Assembly: GCA_019750295.1 (NCBI GenBank)
Contig: JAIEOS010000048.1
Coordinates: forward strand, 68,467 to 132,466
Reading direction: 5' to 3'
From: Bdellovibrionales bacterium
Lineage (GTDB): Bacteria; Bdellovibrionota; Bdellovibrionia; Bdellovibrionales; JAGQZY01
Length of the DNA stretch: 64,000 nt
The notes beneath the pieces were generated by a model. That model did not search any database. It was not told where the DNA came from and worked only from the letters and a program-made list of their open reading frames with translations. The position numbers and the translations under genes are program-made. Numbering within the stretch: the stretch's first letter is position 1; each line of letters starts with the position of its first letter. Shown in pieces: positions 6,236 through 15,695 of this stretch.

Positions 6236-8943
6236 TAGAAGTCTTCGCGGAGGAAGCTTTTGTCCTCGACGTCTTTTTCTTGATCGGTCTGTGGGTTAGC
6301 TCCAGGTTCGGTTCCAGCGCGAAATGGGACACGAAGAGCGTCGGCACCATTTGAAACTTTACCCGTCACTTTATCTACCGTCGCAAACGTAATGCCTTCG
6401 GGGGGTTCAAATGTCGCAATCGGTAAATCTTTATGCACGTGCTGCATGTAGGGAAGCCAAATGGGGAGAGCGGAATCGCCGCCAGTTTCGCCGCGTCCTA
6501 ATGTTTTCTCGGTATCTAATCCCACCCAAACACTCGTAGAGATTTGCGGTGTAAAACCGAGAAACCAAGCATCGTAATAACCATTCGTGGTTCCGGTTTT
6601 ACCCCCAGAGGCGCGACCGAGGGCGGCTGCGCGTCCTCCGGTGCCGTCGGGCTCCATGGTGACTCCTTGGAGCATACTCACCATTAAGTATGCCGTTTGG
6701 GGCGAAATCAATTGATCGTGATCTGGAAAATAAAAAGAATTCACCAACGGTTTTAATTTGGGATCTTGTTCCATCTTTTGCTGATGGGCTTGGACCAGCC
6801 GAGGATATTCCTCTCGTTTGGTGGCGAACTCTTGCTCGATCGCCGCAATTTTTTCTTTAAATCTCTCATCGAGGGAGACATTTTTAAGTAAAGTGTTTCC
6901 TGCGTGGTCCTTCACCTCGCGAATGATAATAGGAGTAAAACGCTTTCCTTTGTTTGCAAAGACGGAAAAAGCTTTGTTCATCTCGTAGACGGTCACACCA
7001 CTCGTACCTAGAGCCAAAGAGAGGTCCATGTTGAGCGGACTAAAAATTCCCAAGCGGCGAGCAAATTCCGCTGAAAAGGGCACGGTGGCTTTTTCCAACA
7101 CTCGAATGGTTGGCGTATTTAAAGAGCGCTTGAGTGCTGTTCTCATAAGAACGTCTCCGGTAAATTTCCCGTCATAGTTCTCAGGCTTCCAAGCCTCTTC
7201 CTCTTCTTTGTCTTTGCTCGAAGCGGCTGTGGTTTGTGTATTCTCGTCCCCTTGTAATTTTTGTCCCCCGTAGACAATGGGAGCTCCCATGATCGGAGTC
7301 GCAGGAGTGAGGCCTGCATCCAGCCCCGCCGCATAAACGATCGGCTTAAATCCTGAGCCGGTTTGGCGCAAGGCTTGAATCGCACGATTGAATTTAGATT
7401 TTTTGTAGAAGTCGTATCCACCGACCATCGCAATAATGTCCCCAGTTTCGAGATCAAAGGACAGAAGAGCGCTTTCGACCTCCGGCTCTTGCTCTAATGC
7501 GAGATGCGCAAAGTTTTTATAATTTGTTTTAGGAGCATTTTTGCCAACGGCCGGGGCGCTGTAGGATTTATTGAGAATCATAACGTCGATCACGTCGCCG
7601 GGAAGCAACGCCTGAGAGACTTTTTTGATGTGGAGATGTTCTCCGTAATGAAGATCGGGATTAAATTTTCTCGCCCACGCCATATCCTTGAGGGGAATTA
7701 CACCTTCGCCCTCGGCAAAGTTGACGTAAGCTACATTGGCCACATCATCAATTTTAACGACGAGGCCCTCGACGATTTCCCCAAGGGAGATGTAAGGAGG
7801 GATATTGTCCATTCCGTCGCCGACCGGTTGATGAAACGTCTTAAATTCTTTAAGCGTAGGAAATGATCCGTCGGCAGCGATCTCTAAATATTTTCTTTTA
7901 TCTTTAAATAGAAAATCTCGGGTGGAAGTTAAAAATTTTTGAACATCCTCGGTATTGGCGAGATCAATTTTTCGTTTAGGCCCCCGATATCCACGACGCT
8001 TGTCAATGCGGCGTAGACCTTCCTGAACAACCTCTTGCGCTTTCTTTTGCGCGCTCAGATCCATTCCCATATAAATTTTTAAACCTTGATTAAGAACGAC
8101 GTCCTCGCCTAAAGTTTCCACCAGAAGTTGGCGCACGATTTCGGTGTAGTACGGACCCACATCTTTATAAGATTTTTTAATCTGAACTTTGAGCACTTCC
8201 TCTACCGCTTTATCGGCTTCTTCTTGAGTGATACTCCCAACTTCGACCATTCGCCGAAGGACATGGCGCTGGCGATCTTTTGCGAGCTTAGGAGTCAGAA
8301 CGGGATTCATTCGGCTGGGCATGGGTGCAAGGCCCGCGATCATCGCCATCTCGGCGAGGGATAATTTATCTATCGGTTTCCGGAAATACGTTTCTGCAGC
8401 CGCGACAATGCCGTAGGCTCCCTGACCGAGATAAATCTGATTGAGGTAAAGATAAAGAATTTCCTCTTTGGAAAGATGCTGCTCCATTTTGTAGGTAAGG
8501 AGAGCTTCCTTAATTTTACGTGTGTAGTTCTTTTCGGGAGATAAAAAGAGTGAGCGAGCGGTTTGTTGCGAGATGGTCGATGCTCCCTGCCGTTTGGAAC
8601 CTGCCATGGTGTTGACCCAAATCGCTCGAGCAATGGCGATATAATTAAATCCGCCGTGAGTAAAAAATTCGTCATCCTCGACGGCAAGAAAGGCTTTCAC
8701 AAAAAGAGGAGGCATTTTGTCATAAGGAACTAGAACGCGCACCTGATTGTAGAGCTCATTGACCTTTTGTCCTTTACGATCAAACACTTCCGAGACCAGT
8801 AAGGGTTTGTAATCAGCAATACTAAAAAGCGGCGGAAGTTGCTTGTATTGGTAATATAAAATTCCACCGGCAGAGACCGCCGCAAGAACAATGATGATGA
8901 AATTAACCAGAAGAATATTTTTAATGATTCGGCGCAAACGCAA
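6235..8943 (-). CDS. mrcA: penicillin-binding protein 1A (bifunctional transglycosylase/transpeptidase)
   Basis: 902 aa with an N-terminal TM anchor. GT51 motifs are EDDEFFTHGG and GASTISQQ. Transpeptidase motifs are SGFK (SxxK), SLN (SxN) and KTGTTN. Confidence 0.95.
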   Translation of the reverse strand: MRLRRIIKNILLVNFIIIVLAAVSAGGILYYQYKQLPPLFSIADYKPLLVSEVFDRKGQKVNELYNQVRVLVPYDKMPPLFVKAFLAVEDDEFFTHGGFNYIAIARAIWVNTMAGSKRQGASTISQQTARSLFLSPEKNYTRKIKEALLTYKMEQHLSKEEILYLYLNQIYLGQGAYGIVAAAETYFRKPIDKLSLAEMAMIAGLAPMPSRMNPVLTPKLAKDRQRHVLRRMVEVGSITQEEADKAVEEVLKVQIKKSYKDVGPYYTEIVRQLLVETLGEDVVLNQGLKIYMGMDLSAQKKAQEVVQEGLRRIDKRRGYRGPKRKIDLANTEDVQKFLTSTRDFLFKDKRKYLEIAADGSFPTLKEFKTFHQPVGDGMDNIPPYISLGEIVEGLVVKIDDVANVAYVNFAEGEGVIPLKDMAWARKFNPDLHYGEHLHIKKVSQALLPGDVIDVMILNKSYSAPAVGKNAPKTNYKNFAHLALEQEPEVESALLSFDLETGDIIAMVGGYDFYKKSKFNRAIQALRQTGSGFKPIVYAAGLDAGLTPATPIMGAPIVYGGQKLQGDENTQTTAASSKDKEEEEAWKPENYDGKFTGDVLMRTALKRSLNTPTIRVLEKATVPFSAEFARRLGIFSPLNMDLSLALGTSGVTVYEMNKAFSVFANKGKRFTPIIIREVKDHAGNTLLKNVSLDERFKEKIAAIEQEFATKREEYPRLVQAHQQKMEQDPKLKPLVNSFYFPDHDQLISPQTAYLMVSMLQGVTMEPDGTGGRAAALGRASGGKTGTTNGYYDAWFLGFTPQISTSVWVGLDTEKTLGRGETGGDSALPIWLPYMQHVHKDLPIATFEPPEGITFATVDKVTGKVSNGADALRVPFRAGTEPGANPQTDQEKDVEDKSFLREDF

Positions 8944-9089
8944 AAGGGGGTCCTTTCCCTAAGATGTCGTATTCCTTATATTTTAAGGCTTAGGGAGAGT
9001 CGAGACAAGAGTGAGTTTTATTCTGCTAACGGACCTAGCAGTAGGTCCGTATAGATGGAAAGGTCATTTTGGAATTCGACCGACTGGTA

Positions 9090-10178
9090 CTATTGAATAC
9101 TTTGGCTACTTGTAGGTAGTCGTGTGGGCTCGGAGGCGGCTCCGTTCGAGGAGGCACAGCGAGTGGCGGGGCAGACCCGATTGGCTCTTTCAAAATGTTG
9201 AATGACGTCTCGTGGGACTTCGATTCCACGAGCCTGTAAATTGCTGTTCATACAGTGGTTACGAATTTGATCCATATTGTCCAAAGCCTGTTGAGCGGAG
9301 CTAAAGTTCGCCGCGCTTTCGTTTCGTTGGCCCTGAGAGGTCGCAATGGTGAGAGCTTGCATCATCATTGCCATCCTTTGCGTTTGCGCTTGCTGTTCAA
9401 GAGCTTCGCGTCTCATATCTGTGACTTTGTTCACGTGATCGCGCTGACTCTGCATTTGAGCTTCCAACTGTGGAATTTTATTTTCTGTATACTGAATATC
9501 GGCGGCAATCTCTTCGGCTTTTACTTTGTAAGACTGCATTTTTGTCGTCAGTGCATCGTCAGCTAATTTTTGTTTTTCGAGAGTCTCGGGATCGGACATA
9601 CACTCGCTGTAGAAAACATTGCGTTGCTGCTTCATGCGGAAGCGAGTGCCGCGGGCGGCTCCAGTGCTTTGTGTTTCGAAACGAGTGGCGCCAGCTCGAG
9701 TGCGGTTCACAGCTAACATGTCGTTATAACGTTTTCTCGACTGCTGCCGGCACTCGACACGAATGGCAGCATGGGCGGCGCGCCGCTCCTGTTCTGCCTT
9801 TACGATCTCCTGGCGACGATTATATTCGCCTCGGCGATACTCGTGAATTTTATCTTGAAGCTGCATTCTTTGATTGAACTCTTCATTTTTGATTTTATTC
9901 ATTTCCTCGAGATGTTTGACCTCTAAGTCCATCCGTTTGCCCTCAGTCTCCGCTTGCTTTTGCATGAGCTGGGCAATGGGGTTTGAGCTCGCAGACCCCG
10001 TAGAATTATTACTCGAAGTTCTTGTGGTGCCCCGGTCTCTCTGAACGATTTCTTTGAGTTTTTCTTCAGCCGCGCCCAGCGCGGTTTCACAGGCTTCTGG
10101 GCTTTTGGTTTCAGAATTCGCCCAAGCAAAAGAGCTGCCGAAAAGCAAAATGATAGGAAGAAATGCTTTTAAGTTCAT
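9090..10178 (-). CDS. secreted coiled-coil-like protein, hypothetical
   Basis: 362 aa with signal peptide MNLKAFLPIILLFGSSFAWA. GGGGGA lies upstream of the ATG. The body is long and rich in Gln, Arg and Glu. No family recognised. Confidence 0.65.
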   Translation of the reverse strand: MNLKAFLPIILLFGSSFAWANSETKSPEACETALGAAEEKLKEIVQRDRGTTRTSSNNSTGSASSNPIAQLMQKQAETEGKRMDLEVKHLEEMNKIKNEEFNQRMQLQDKIHEYRRGEYNRRQEIVKAEQERRAAHAAIRVECRQQSRKRYNDMLAVNRTRAGATRFETQSTGAARGTRFRMKQQRNVFYSECMSDPETLEKQKLADDALTTKMQSYKVKAEEIAADIQYTENKIPQLEAQMQSQRDHVNKVTDMRREALEQQAQTQRMAMMMQALTIATSQGQRNESAANFSSAQQALDNMDQIRNHCMNSNLQARGIEVPRDVIQHFERANRVCPATRCASSNGAASEPTRLPTSSQSIQ

Positions 10179-10223
10179 AGGTCCCCCATGACTCTTATGT
10201 ATCGGTAAAATACGGCCTAGACT

Positions 10224-10514
10224 TTAGCTTGCGAGGTAAAGATCTTGAAGAATCCAGACTGCGCCAAACCATAAACAAAACAAGGCGATAGGTTGATGGC
10301 GTCTCAAAATGAGAAACATCTCCGGGCGGGTTTTCTCAACCGCTTTGAGCCAAGGAACTTCAAGAACAAAGAACATCGTTAACCCATAAACAAAAGCGAG
10401 CCACATCGTCAGTTGATCTAAAAAGTCAATAGTCATAAAAACGTATCGGACTGAAACACCCATAAATTGAGGCCAAAAGTCATTTTTTTTGTGTCGCGAC
10501 CTAAGGCATAACAA
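10224..10514 (-). CDS. small membrane protein, hypothetical (start uncertain)
   Basis: 96-aa ORF with two hydrophobic segments (LTMWLAFVYGLTMFFVL, IALFCLWFGAVWIL). An internal Met at 10436 is an alternative start. No clear SD sequence. Confidence 0.4.
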   Translation of the reverse strand: MLCLRSRHKKNDFWPQFMGVSVRYVFMTIDFLDQLTMWLAFVYGLTMFFVLEVPWLKAVEKTRPEMFLILRRHQPIALFCLWFGAVWILQDLYLAS

Positions 10515-10746
10515 CTCTAATAATTATGACCGAGATCCGGAATTTTGCTATGATCAGAGGTGAGATTTCTGTGGCATATGCTAAGAATACAGAAATCCTA
10601 CAAGCAAATGTAAGGGGACTGTCCCTGACAATGGTGTGCAGGCCCAGTTTAAGCTGGGAAGCCTAAAGTTGTTATCATGGTCACCCACTTTAAGTCTTGG
10701 GATTTCCTTGTTTCTTCAGCGCCACAGATTTCTTTTTATTTTCTTT

Positions 10747-10774
10747 GTCATCCTGAGCAATTGCGAAGGATCTC
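10747..10774 (+). repeat. copy 2 of the dispersed 27-nt element
   Basis: GTCATCCTGAGCAATTGCGAAGGATCTC, with one extra nt relative to the other copies. It lies in the long leader upstream of xseA. Confidence 0.7.
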
Positions 10775-10931
10775 TCACATTGACGTGGCTCCCTGCATTT
10801 ATTACTCTTTCGGCGTGCAAAATTCCGATCCTCAAAAAAATAAAACGACAGTCAATAGCGCCTGGGCGTCTTTGTTAGAAAACAATGCTCCAGTGAAAAC
10901 GTCACTGTCGACCTCGGGGAATCCGACGGCG

Positions 10932-12311
10932 ATGCCCGCTGAGGTTGTGACGGCTCCATCAACAGTGGCGGAGCGTATCGGCCAGGAAACGGCAGAGCCC
11001 GCGGTGTTGACCGTGACGGGCTTAAACACGCTGATCAAAAAGAATATCGAAAACGAATTTCCAACCATTTGGCTCCAGGGGGAAATTTCGAATTTTAAAC
11101 CGCACACTTCCGGTCACTATTATTTTTCTCTCAAAGATAATAAATCGCAAATCAGCGCGGTGATGTTTAAAGGTTTTAACTCCAAGCTTAAGTTCCGTCC
11201 CGAATCAGGGATGGAAGTGATCGTGCGGGGTCGCGTGACGGTGTACGAACCGCGTGGCACCTATCAAATATTTTGCGAAAACATGGAGCCTGTAGGAGCT
11301 GGGGCCTTACAGCAGGCCTATGAACAGCTCAAAGCTCAACTTCAAAAAGAGGGCTTATTTAATCCCGAACTCAAAAAGAAGTGGCCCGCGTTTCCTCAGC
11401 ATATCGGAATCGTCACATCGCCAACGGGTGCAGCCATTCAAGATATGCTCAATGTTTTAACCCGACGTTATCGCGCAGCTCAGATCACCGTGATTCCGGC
11501 GCGTGTTCAGGGCGAGGGAGCGGCTGCAGAAATTGCTCGGGGAATTCAGTTAGCAAATCGAGTGAAAGACATTGATGTATTGATTGTGGGTCGAGGCGGC
11601 GGATCTATCGAAGATCTCTGGCCGTTTAATGAAGAGATCGTGGCTCGAGCGATCTTCGCATCGAAGATTCCGATTATTTCTGCGGTCGGGCACGAAATCG
11701 ATTTTACAATCGCCGACTTCGTTGCCGACCACCGAGCCCCAACGCCCTCCGCCGCCGCGGAGATTGTCGCTCAGAGCGTGACGGAAACCACCGAGCGCCT
11801 CCGTCGCCAACAGCGTCAGTTATCTCACCTGATGCGACAAAAGCTCAGCGAGGTTTCTAAGTACCTTATTAATATACAAGCGCGCTTGGTGGATCCGAAA
11901 CGCCGCCTCGAGGATTTAAGCCTGCGTTGTGACGAACTTTCCCATCGATTAAATTTAGCAATGCAACAAAAACTGCGAGAGCGCAAGATGCGAGTGCAAC
12001 TTTTACGGACTCGCATGCCATCACCTAAAGATATGGTCAGTGCGGCGAGAGACGTGCTTAAACGCTTGCAACATCAGTTGGTGCTCCAGCAAAAAGCCAT
12101 GCTCAGTCGAGCGCGCGAAAGCGTCGAACAGCAAATGACTTTATTGGATTCACTCAGTCCGCTGAAAGTCTTACAGCGGGGCTACTCGGTTGTTTTTAAA
12201 AATGAAAAAGTGATTCGAAGTTTTAAAGAAGTTCAGCCTCAAGATCGTTTGCGCGTTCAATTGGCTGATGGTGTTTTAGATGTCGAAGTTCAAAACGGGA
12301 GTAAACCATGA
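10932..12311 (+). CDS. xseA: exodeoxyribonuclease VII large subunit
   Basis: The OB-fold N-terminus is LTVTGLNTLIKKNIENEFPTIWLQGEISNFKPHTSGHYYFSLKD, and the C-terminus is coiled-coil. The ORF-track start at 10677 would add 85 residues that include the repeat element, so I place the start at ATG 10932. The start remains uncertain. Confidence 0.88.
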   Translation: MPAEVVTAPSTVAERIGQETAEPAVLTVTGLNTLIKKNIENEFPTIWLQGEISNFKPHTSGHYYFSLKDNKSQISAVMFKGFNSKLKFRPESGMEVIVRGRVTVYEPRGTYQIFCENMEPVGAGALQQAYEQLKAQLQKEGLFNPELKKKWPAFPQHIGIVTSPTGAAIQDMLNVLTRRYRAAQITVIPARVQGEGAAAEIARGIQLANRVKDIDVLIVGRGGGSIEDLWPFNEEIVARAIFASKIPIISAVGHEIDFTIADFVADHRAPTPSAAAEIVAQSVTETTERLRRQQRQLSHLMRQKLSEVSKYLINIQARLVDPKRRLEDLSLRCDELSHRLNLAMQQKLRERKMRVQLLRTRMPSPKDMVSAARDVLKRLQHQLVLQQKAMLSRARESVEQQMTLLDSLSPLKVLQRGYSVVFKNEKVIRSFKEVQPQDRLRVQLADGVLDVEVQNGSKP

Positions 12312-12526
12312 ATTTTGAAAAACGTATCGGTCGAATGGAAGAGATCGTAAGTAAGATGGAAAGTGGCGAGCTTTCGCTCGAGGATTCCTTAAAGCTTTTT
12401 GAAGAAGGTGTTTCACTTTCTCGAGAGTGTCACAAGGAGCTCGAAAGTGCAGAACTTAAGGTGCAAACATTATTGGGTGTCGACGACTCGGGGAAACCGG
12501 TTGTAGGAGAATTCAAAACTCCATGA
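12308..12526 (+). CDS. xseB: exodeoxyribonuclease VII small subunit
   Basis: 72 aa, with FEKRIGRMEEIVSKMESGELSLEDSLKLFEEGVSLSRECHKEL typical of XseB. It has an ATGA overlap with xseA. Confidence 0.9.
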   Translation: MNFEKRIGRMEEIVSKMESGELSLEDSLKLFEEGVSLSRECHKELESAELKVQTLLGVDDSGKPVVGEFKTP

Positions 12527-13371
12527 GTTTAGACTTCGCCACCACCCATCAGGACCTCATCAATGCTTTTCTTAAGGATTACTTTATTCATCTGCGCGAG
12601 GATTCGCGCGCGTATTCGACACCATTGATAGAAGCGATGGAGTATGGGGTTCTTAATGGCGGGAAGCGCTTTCGCCCGATGCTGTGCTTTTTGGCGGGTG
12701 AAGCTTTTGGCGCCACGACCTCTCAGTTGATGTCTTTTGCAGCGGCCGTCGAGATGATTCACGCCTTTTCACTCATTCACGATGACTTGCCTTGTATGGA
12801 TGACGATGATCTGCGCCGAGGTCAGCCAACGACCCATAAAAAGTTTGGCGAGGCGTTGGCTCTTCTTGCGGGGGATGCCCTTTTAGCCGAAGCATTTTCT
12901 TTAATTGCTCGAGATTATAAAAACGAGAGCGCCGGGATGTTGCTGGTACAGATTTTGGCTCGAGCGACCGGTGCGCGGGGAATGACCGGGGGCCAAGCGC
13001 TCGACATGGGATTTGGAGAACCCATCTCCACTTTGGATATGCTCAAGAAAGTTCACGAAGGAAAAACGGGAGCTCTCATCGCCTCCGCCGTCGAAGGTGC
13101 GGGTGTCATCGCTCGCTTATCAGGACCTCAACAGGCGAAAGCCGCTCAATTTGGCCAAATGGTGGGACTTTTGTTTCAGATTAAAGATGATCTGCTGGAT
13201 CAGCATGAAGACGCTCCTCAAAAAAATTATCCGCAAATGATGGGCGTGGAGCAGACATCTCAAGCGCTTCATTCTTTATCTAAAGATGCTGTTCGTCTTT
13301 TAAAAGATCTCACCCATCAGTGGCAAAATCTCGAAAAACTGCTCATCTATAATCTCGAACGAGACCACTAG
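12523..13371 (+). CDS. ispA: (2E,6E)-farnesyl diphosphate synthase / polyprenyl synthetase
   Basis: The first Asp-rich motif is LIHDDLPCMDDDDLRRG and the second is FQIKDDLLD. xseA-xseB-ispA is the conserved order. Confidence 0.9.
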   Translation: MSLDFATTHQDLINAFLKDYFIHLREDSRAYSTPLIEAMEYGVLNGGKRFRPMLCFLAGEAFGATTSQLMSFAAAVEMIHAFSLIHDDLPCMDDDDLRRGQPTTHKKFGEALALLAGDALLAEAFSLIARDYKNESAGMLLVQILARATGARGMTGGQALDMGFGEPISTLDMLKKVHEGKTGALIASAVEGAGVIARLSGPQQAKAAQFGQMVGLLFQIKDDLLDQHEDAPQKNYPQMMGVEQTSQALHSLSKDAVRLLKDLTHQWQNLEKLLIYNLERDH

Positions 13372-13422
13372 ACTCGTTGCGCGCGCGTTGCCGCGTTAAA
13401 CAGAGAGTGCTACTTTTGAGGT

Positions 13423-14355
13423 ATGAGAACACTTCACATTGCTTCTATTGCAGTTCTGGTCTTCACGCTCTTGGGATGTCAGCTCGTTAATAAAAGATCT
13501 TCACCTCAAAGTCCCAGCACTTCAGGAGTTGGCCCCAAGCCGTCGGTCACGACCGCCCCCCCAGCTCCTGTGCAATTGCCAGAGTTTGTCGGTCAGCGTG
13601 CGCCTCGCGTAGGGTTAATTTTGGGACCCGGCGGGGCGAAAGCCTTAGCTCACGTGGGAGTTCTTCAAGAGCTGGAGCGGAATAAAATTCCCGTGGTCGC
13701 CATTGCGGGGTTGGAGTGGGGAAGTCTTATTGCCAATTTGTACGCGACCAATGCTCAAAGCCACGAGGTCGACTGGAAAATTTCCCAAATCACTAAACCG
13801 AATATTGGGGCTAAAAAATTATTCTCCAAAAAATGGGACCCAGTTGCCGATCAAGAATACGATGCGTATTTGCAGAAGATATTTTTACAGAGCAAATTGG
13901 ATTCCAACAAAATTCCGTTCGCCTGTCCTTTTATCAATGGTCGCAAAGTGGGGCTTGCTAAAAAAGGTTCGGCGGTGACCATCGTAAAGTCTTGCATGCA
14001 GTTTCCGCCGATCTTTGAGCTTAAAGACAATATGGCCGCTCCGTTTGCTTTAGGAGAGGTCACAGAGTTCTTACGAGGAGAAGGAGCCGAGCTGATCATT
14101 CTGGTGAACGTGCTTCCACGAGTTGAAAAGTCTGATTTTGCAGCATGGGCTATGGAAGATTGGTCTTGGTTCGCGTGGCTCGCCACTCAGGAGTCTTTAA
14201 ATCAGGCGAAATTTTTTGGAGTTCACGAAGTGATTAAGGTCGATACAACCTCCTTCAGTATGGTTGAGGTCGATCAACGTCTACGTTTAATTCAGGTTGG
14301 CAAACAGGGATCTTCGGACGCCATCGACCGTATTGTAAAGAAGTATGATTTCTAA
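13423..14355 (+). CDS. patatin-like phospholipase family lipoprotein, catalytic motifs degenerate
   Basis: The lipobox is FTLLGC. The patatin-like block ILGPGGAKALAHVGVLQELERNKIPVVAIAGLEWGSLIANLYA has Glu at the position of the GxSxG nucleophile (GLEWG). Confidence 0.7.
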   Translation: MRTLHIASIAVLVFTLLGCQLVNKRSSPQSPSTSGVGPKPSVTTAPPAPVQLPEFVGQRAPRVGLILGPGGAKALAHVGVLQELERNKIPVVAIAGLEWGSLIANLYATNAQSHEVDWKISQITKPNIGAKKLFSKKWDPVADQEYDAYLQKIFLQSKLDSNKIPFACPFINGRKVGLAKKGSAVTIVKSCMQFPPIFELKDNMAAPFALGEVTEFLRGEGAELIILVNVLPRVEKSDFAAWAMEDWSWFAWLATQESLNQAKFFGVHEVIKVDTTSFSMVEVDQRLRLIQVGKQGSSDAIDRIVKKYDF

Positions 14356-14363
14356 AGGAAAAT

Positions 14364-15695
14364 ATGCAAAACCGAACTTACAAAGATTTATCTGAATTTA
14401 AAAAACGTCGTGAGCACATCGCGCAAAAATATGCGGGTTCGGCTATTATTTTATTTTCAGGAAACGAAGGTCATTGGGAGCGATTTCGCGCACAAAGTAA
14501 CTTTGTTTATCTGACGGGTTTCGAGGAGCCCGATTCGGTTTTGGTCTTCCTTCCCGGTCAAAAGAACCCGTATAAACTCTTCGTCAGACCTCGTGATCCT
14601 GCCAAGGAAATTTGGGATGGTTATCGTTACGGTTTAGAAGGGGCCAAATCGGTTTTTGGTGCCGATGAGTCTTTCGATGTGAACCATTTCTATCAAGAGC
14701 TCCCAAAACTCTTAGCTAACGTCGATCGTATTTATGTATCTCTCGAGGGTGGGGAGCGCGATCTTCAGATGATTCGGTCGCTGCAACAATACGTGATGAC
14801 CCTTGGGAGAACCGGTCGCGGCCACATTCCCATTCATGATCCTAAAGAGATTCTCGGTGAGATGCGGGTCATTAAAAGTGCACAGGAAATTGAATGGCTG
14901 AAGGAGTCCTGTAAAATTTCGGGCATCGCTCATCGCAACGTCATGGCTCAAACTCGACCGGGAATGAACGAGAGAGAACTTCAGGCTCTTTTATTTAAGG
15001 AGTTCTATAGTCAGCAGGCCATGCGCGAGGGTTATTTTTCGATCATCGCGGCCGGAGCTAACGCCACAATTCTTCATTATCGCGATAACAACTGCGACTC
15101 TAAAAACGGGGATCTGGTGCTGATCGATGCGGGAGCAGAGAAAAACTACTACACGGCCGACATCACTCGCGCCTACCCCATGAATGGAAAATTTTCTGCC
15201 GCTCAAAGAGACGTGTACTCTCGCGTTTTAAAGGTTCAGAAAAACATTTGCGCCATGGTTAAGCCGGGTCTCCCTTACGATTCACTCCAAGAAGAGGCGC
15301 GCAAACAGCTCACGCAAGAACTTATCGATATGAAACTATTAAAAGGCACCGTCGATGAAAACATTTCTTCCGGCGCCTACCGCAAATACTATCCTCATAA
15401 TATTGGACATTATTTAGGGATGGATGTTCACGACATCGGACTTTATCGCGTGAACAATCAGTCTCGCCCTCTCGTAGCGGGAATGACTCTCACCATCGAG
15501 CCCGGAATCTACATTCCTGCTGATGATGAAGTGGCGCCTAAGGACTATCGCGGAATTGGTGTTCGAATCGAGGACGATGTCCTGGTCACTCCTCATGGCC
15601 ACGAAGTGATGACGGCGCTGGCCCCCAAAGAGATCGAGGAGATTGAATCAGTGATGAGTCAAAAAGAACTTTATTCTTCTTCAGCGTCTTCGTAA
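14364..15695 (+). CDS. pepP: Xaa-Pro aminopeptidase (M24B)
   Basis: 443 aa. M24 metal-ligand blocks are present: DAGAEKNYYTADITR, HNIGHYLGMDVHD, TIEPGIY and GVRIEDDVLVT. Confidence 0.92.
   Translation: MQNRTYKDLSEFKKRREHIAQKYAGSAIILFSGNEGHWERFRAQSNFVYLTGFEEPDSVLVFLPGQKNPYKLFVRPRDPAKEIWDGYRYGLEGAKSVFGADESFDVNHFYQELPKLLANVDRIYVSLEGGERDLQMIRSLQQYVMTLGRTGRGHIPIHDPKEILGEMRVIKSAQEIEWLKESCKISGIAHRNVMAQTRPGMNERELQALLFKEFYSQQAMREGYFSIIAAGANATILHYRDNNCDSKNGDLVLIDAGAEKNYYTADITRAYPMNGKFSAAQRDVYSRVLKVQKNICAMVKPGLPYDSLQEEARKQLTQELIDMKLLKGTVDENISSGAYRKYYPHNIGHYLGMDVHDIGLYRVNNQSRPLVAGMTLTIEPGIYIPADDEVAPKDYRGIGVRIEDDVLVTPHGHEVMTALAPKEIEEIESVMSQKELYSSSASS

Noticed and set aside
6093-6350. 85-aa minus-strand ORF spanning the mrcA-uvrA junction
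   Set aside because: It overlaps the ends of both real genes out of frame and simply reads through the 72-bp palindrome.
10677-10931. 85-codon N-terminal extension of xseA given by the ORF track
   Set aside because: The extension contains the 27-nt repeat element and has no resemblance to the XseA N-terminus, whose OB-fold begins just after Met 10932. I kept it only as an alternative start.
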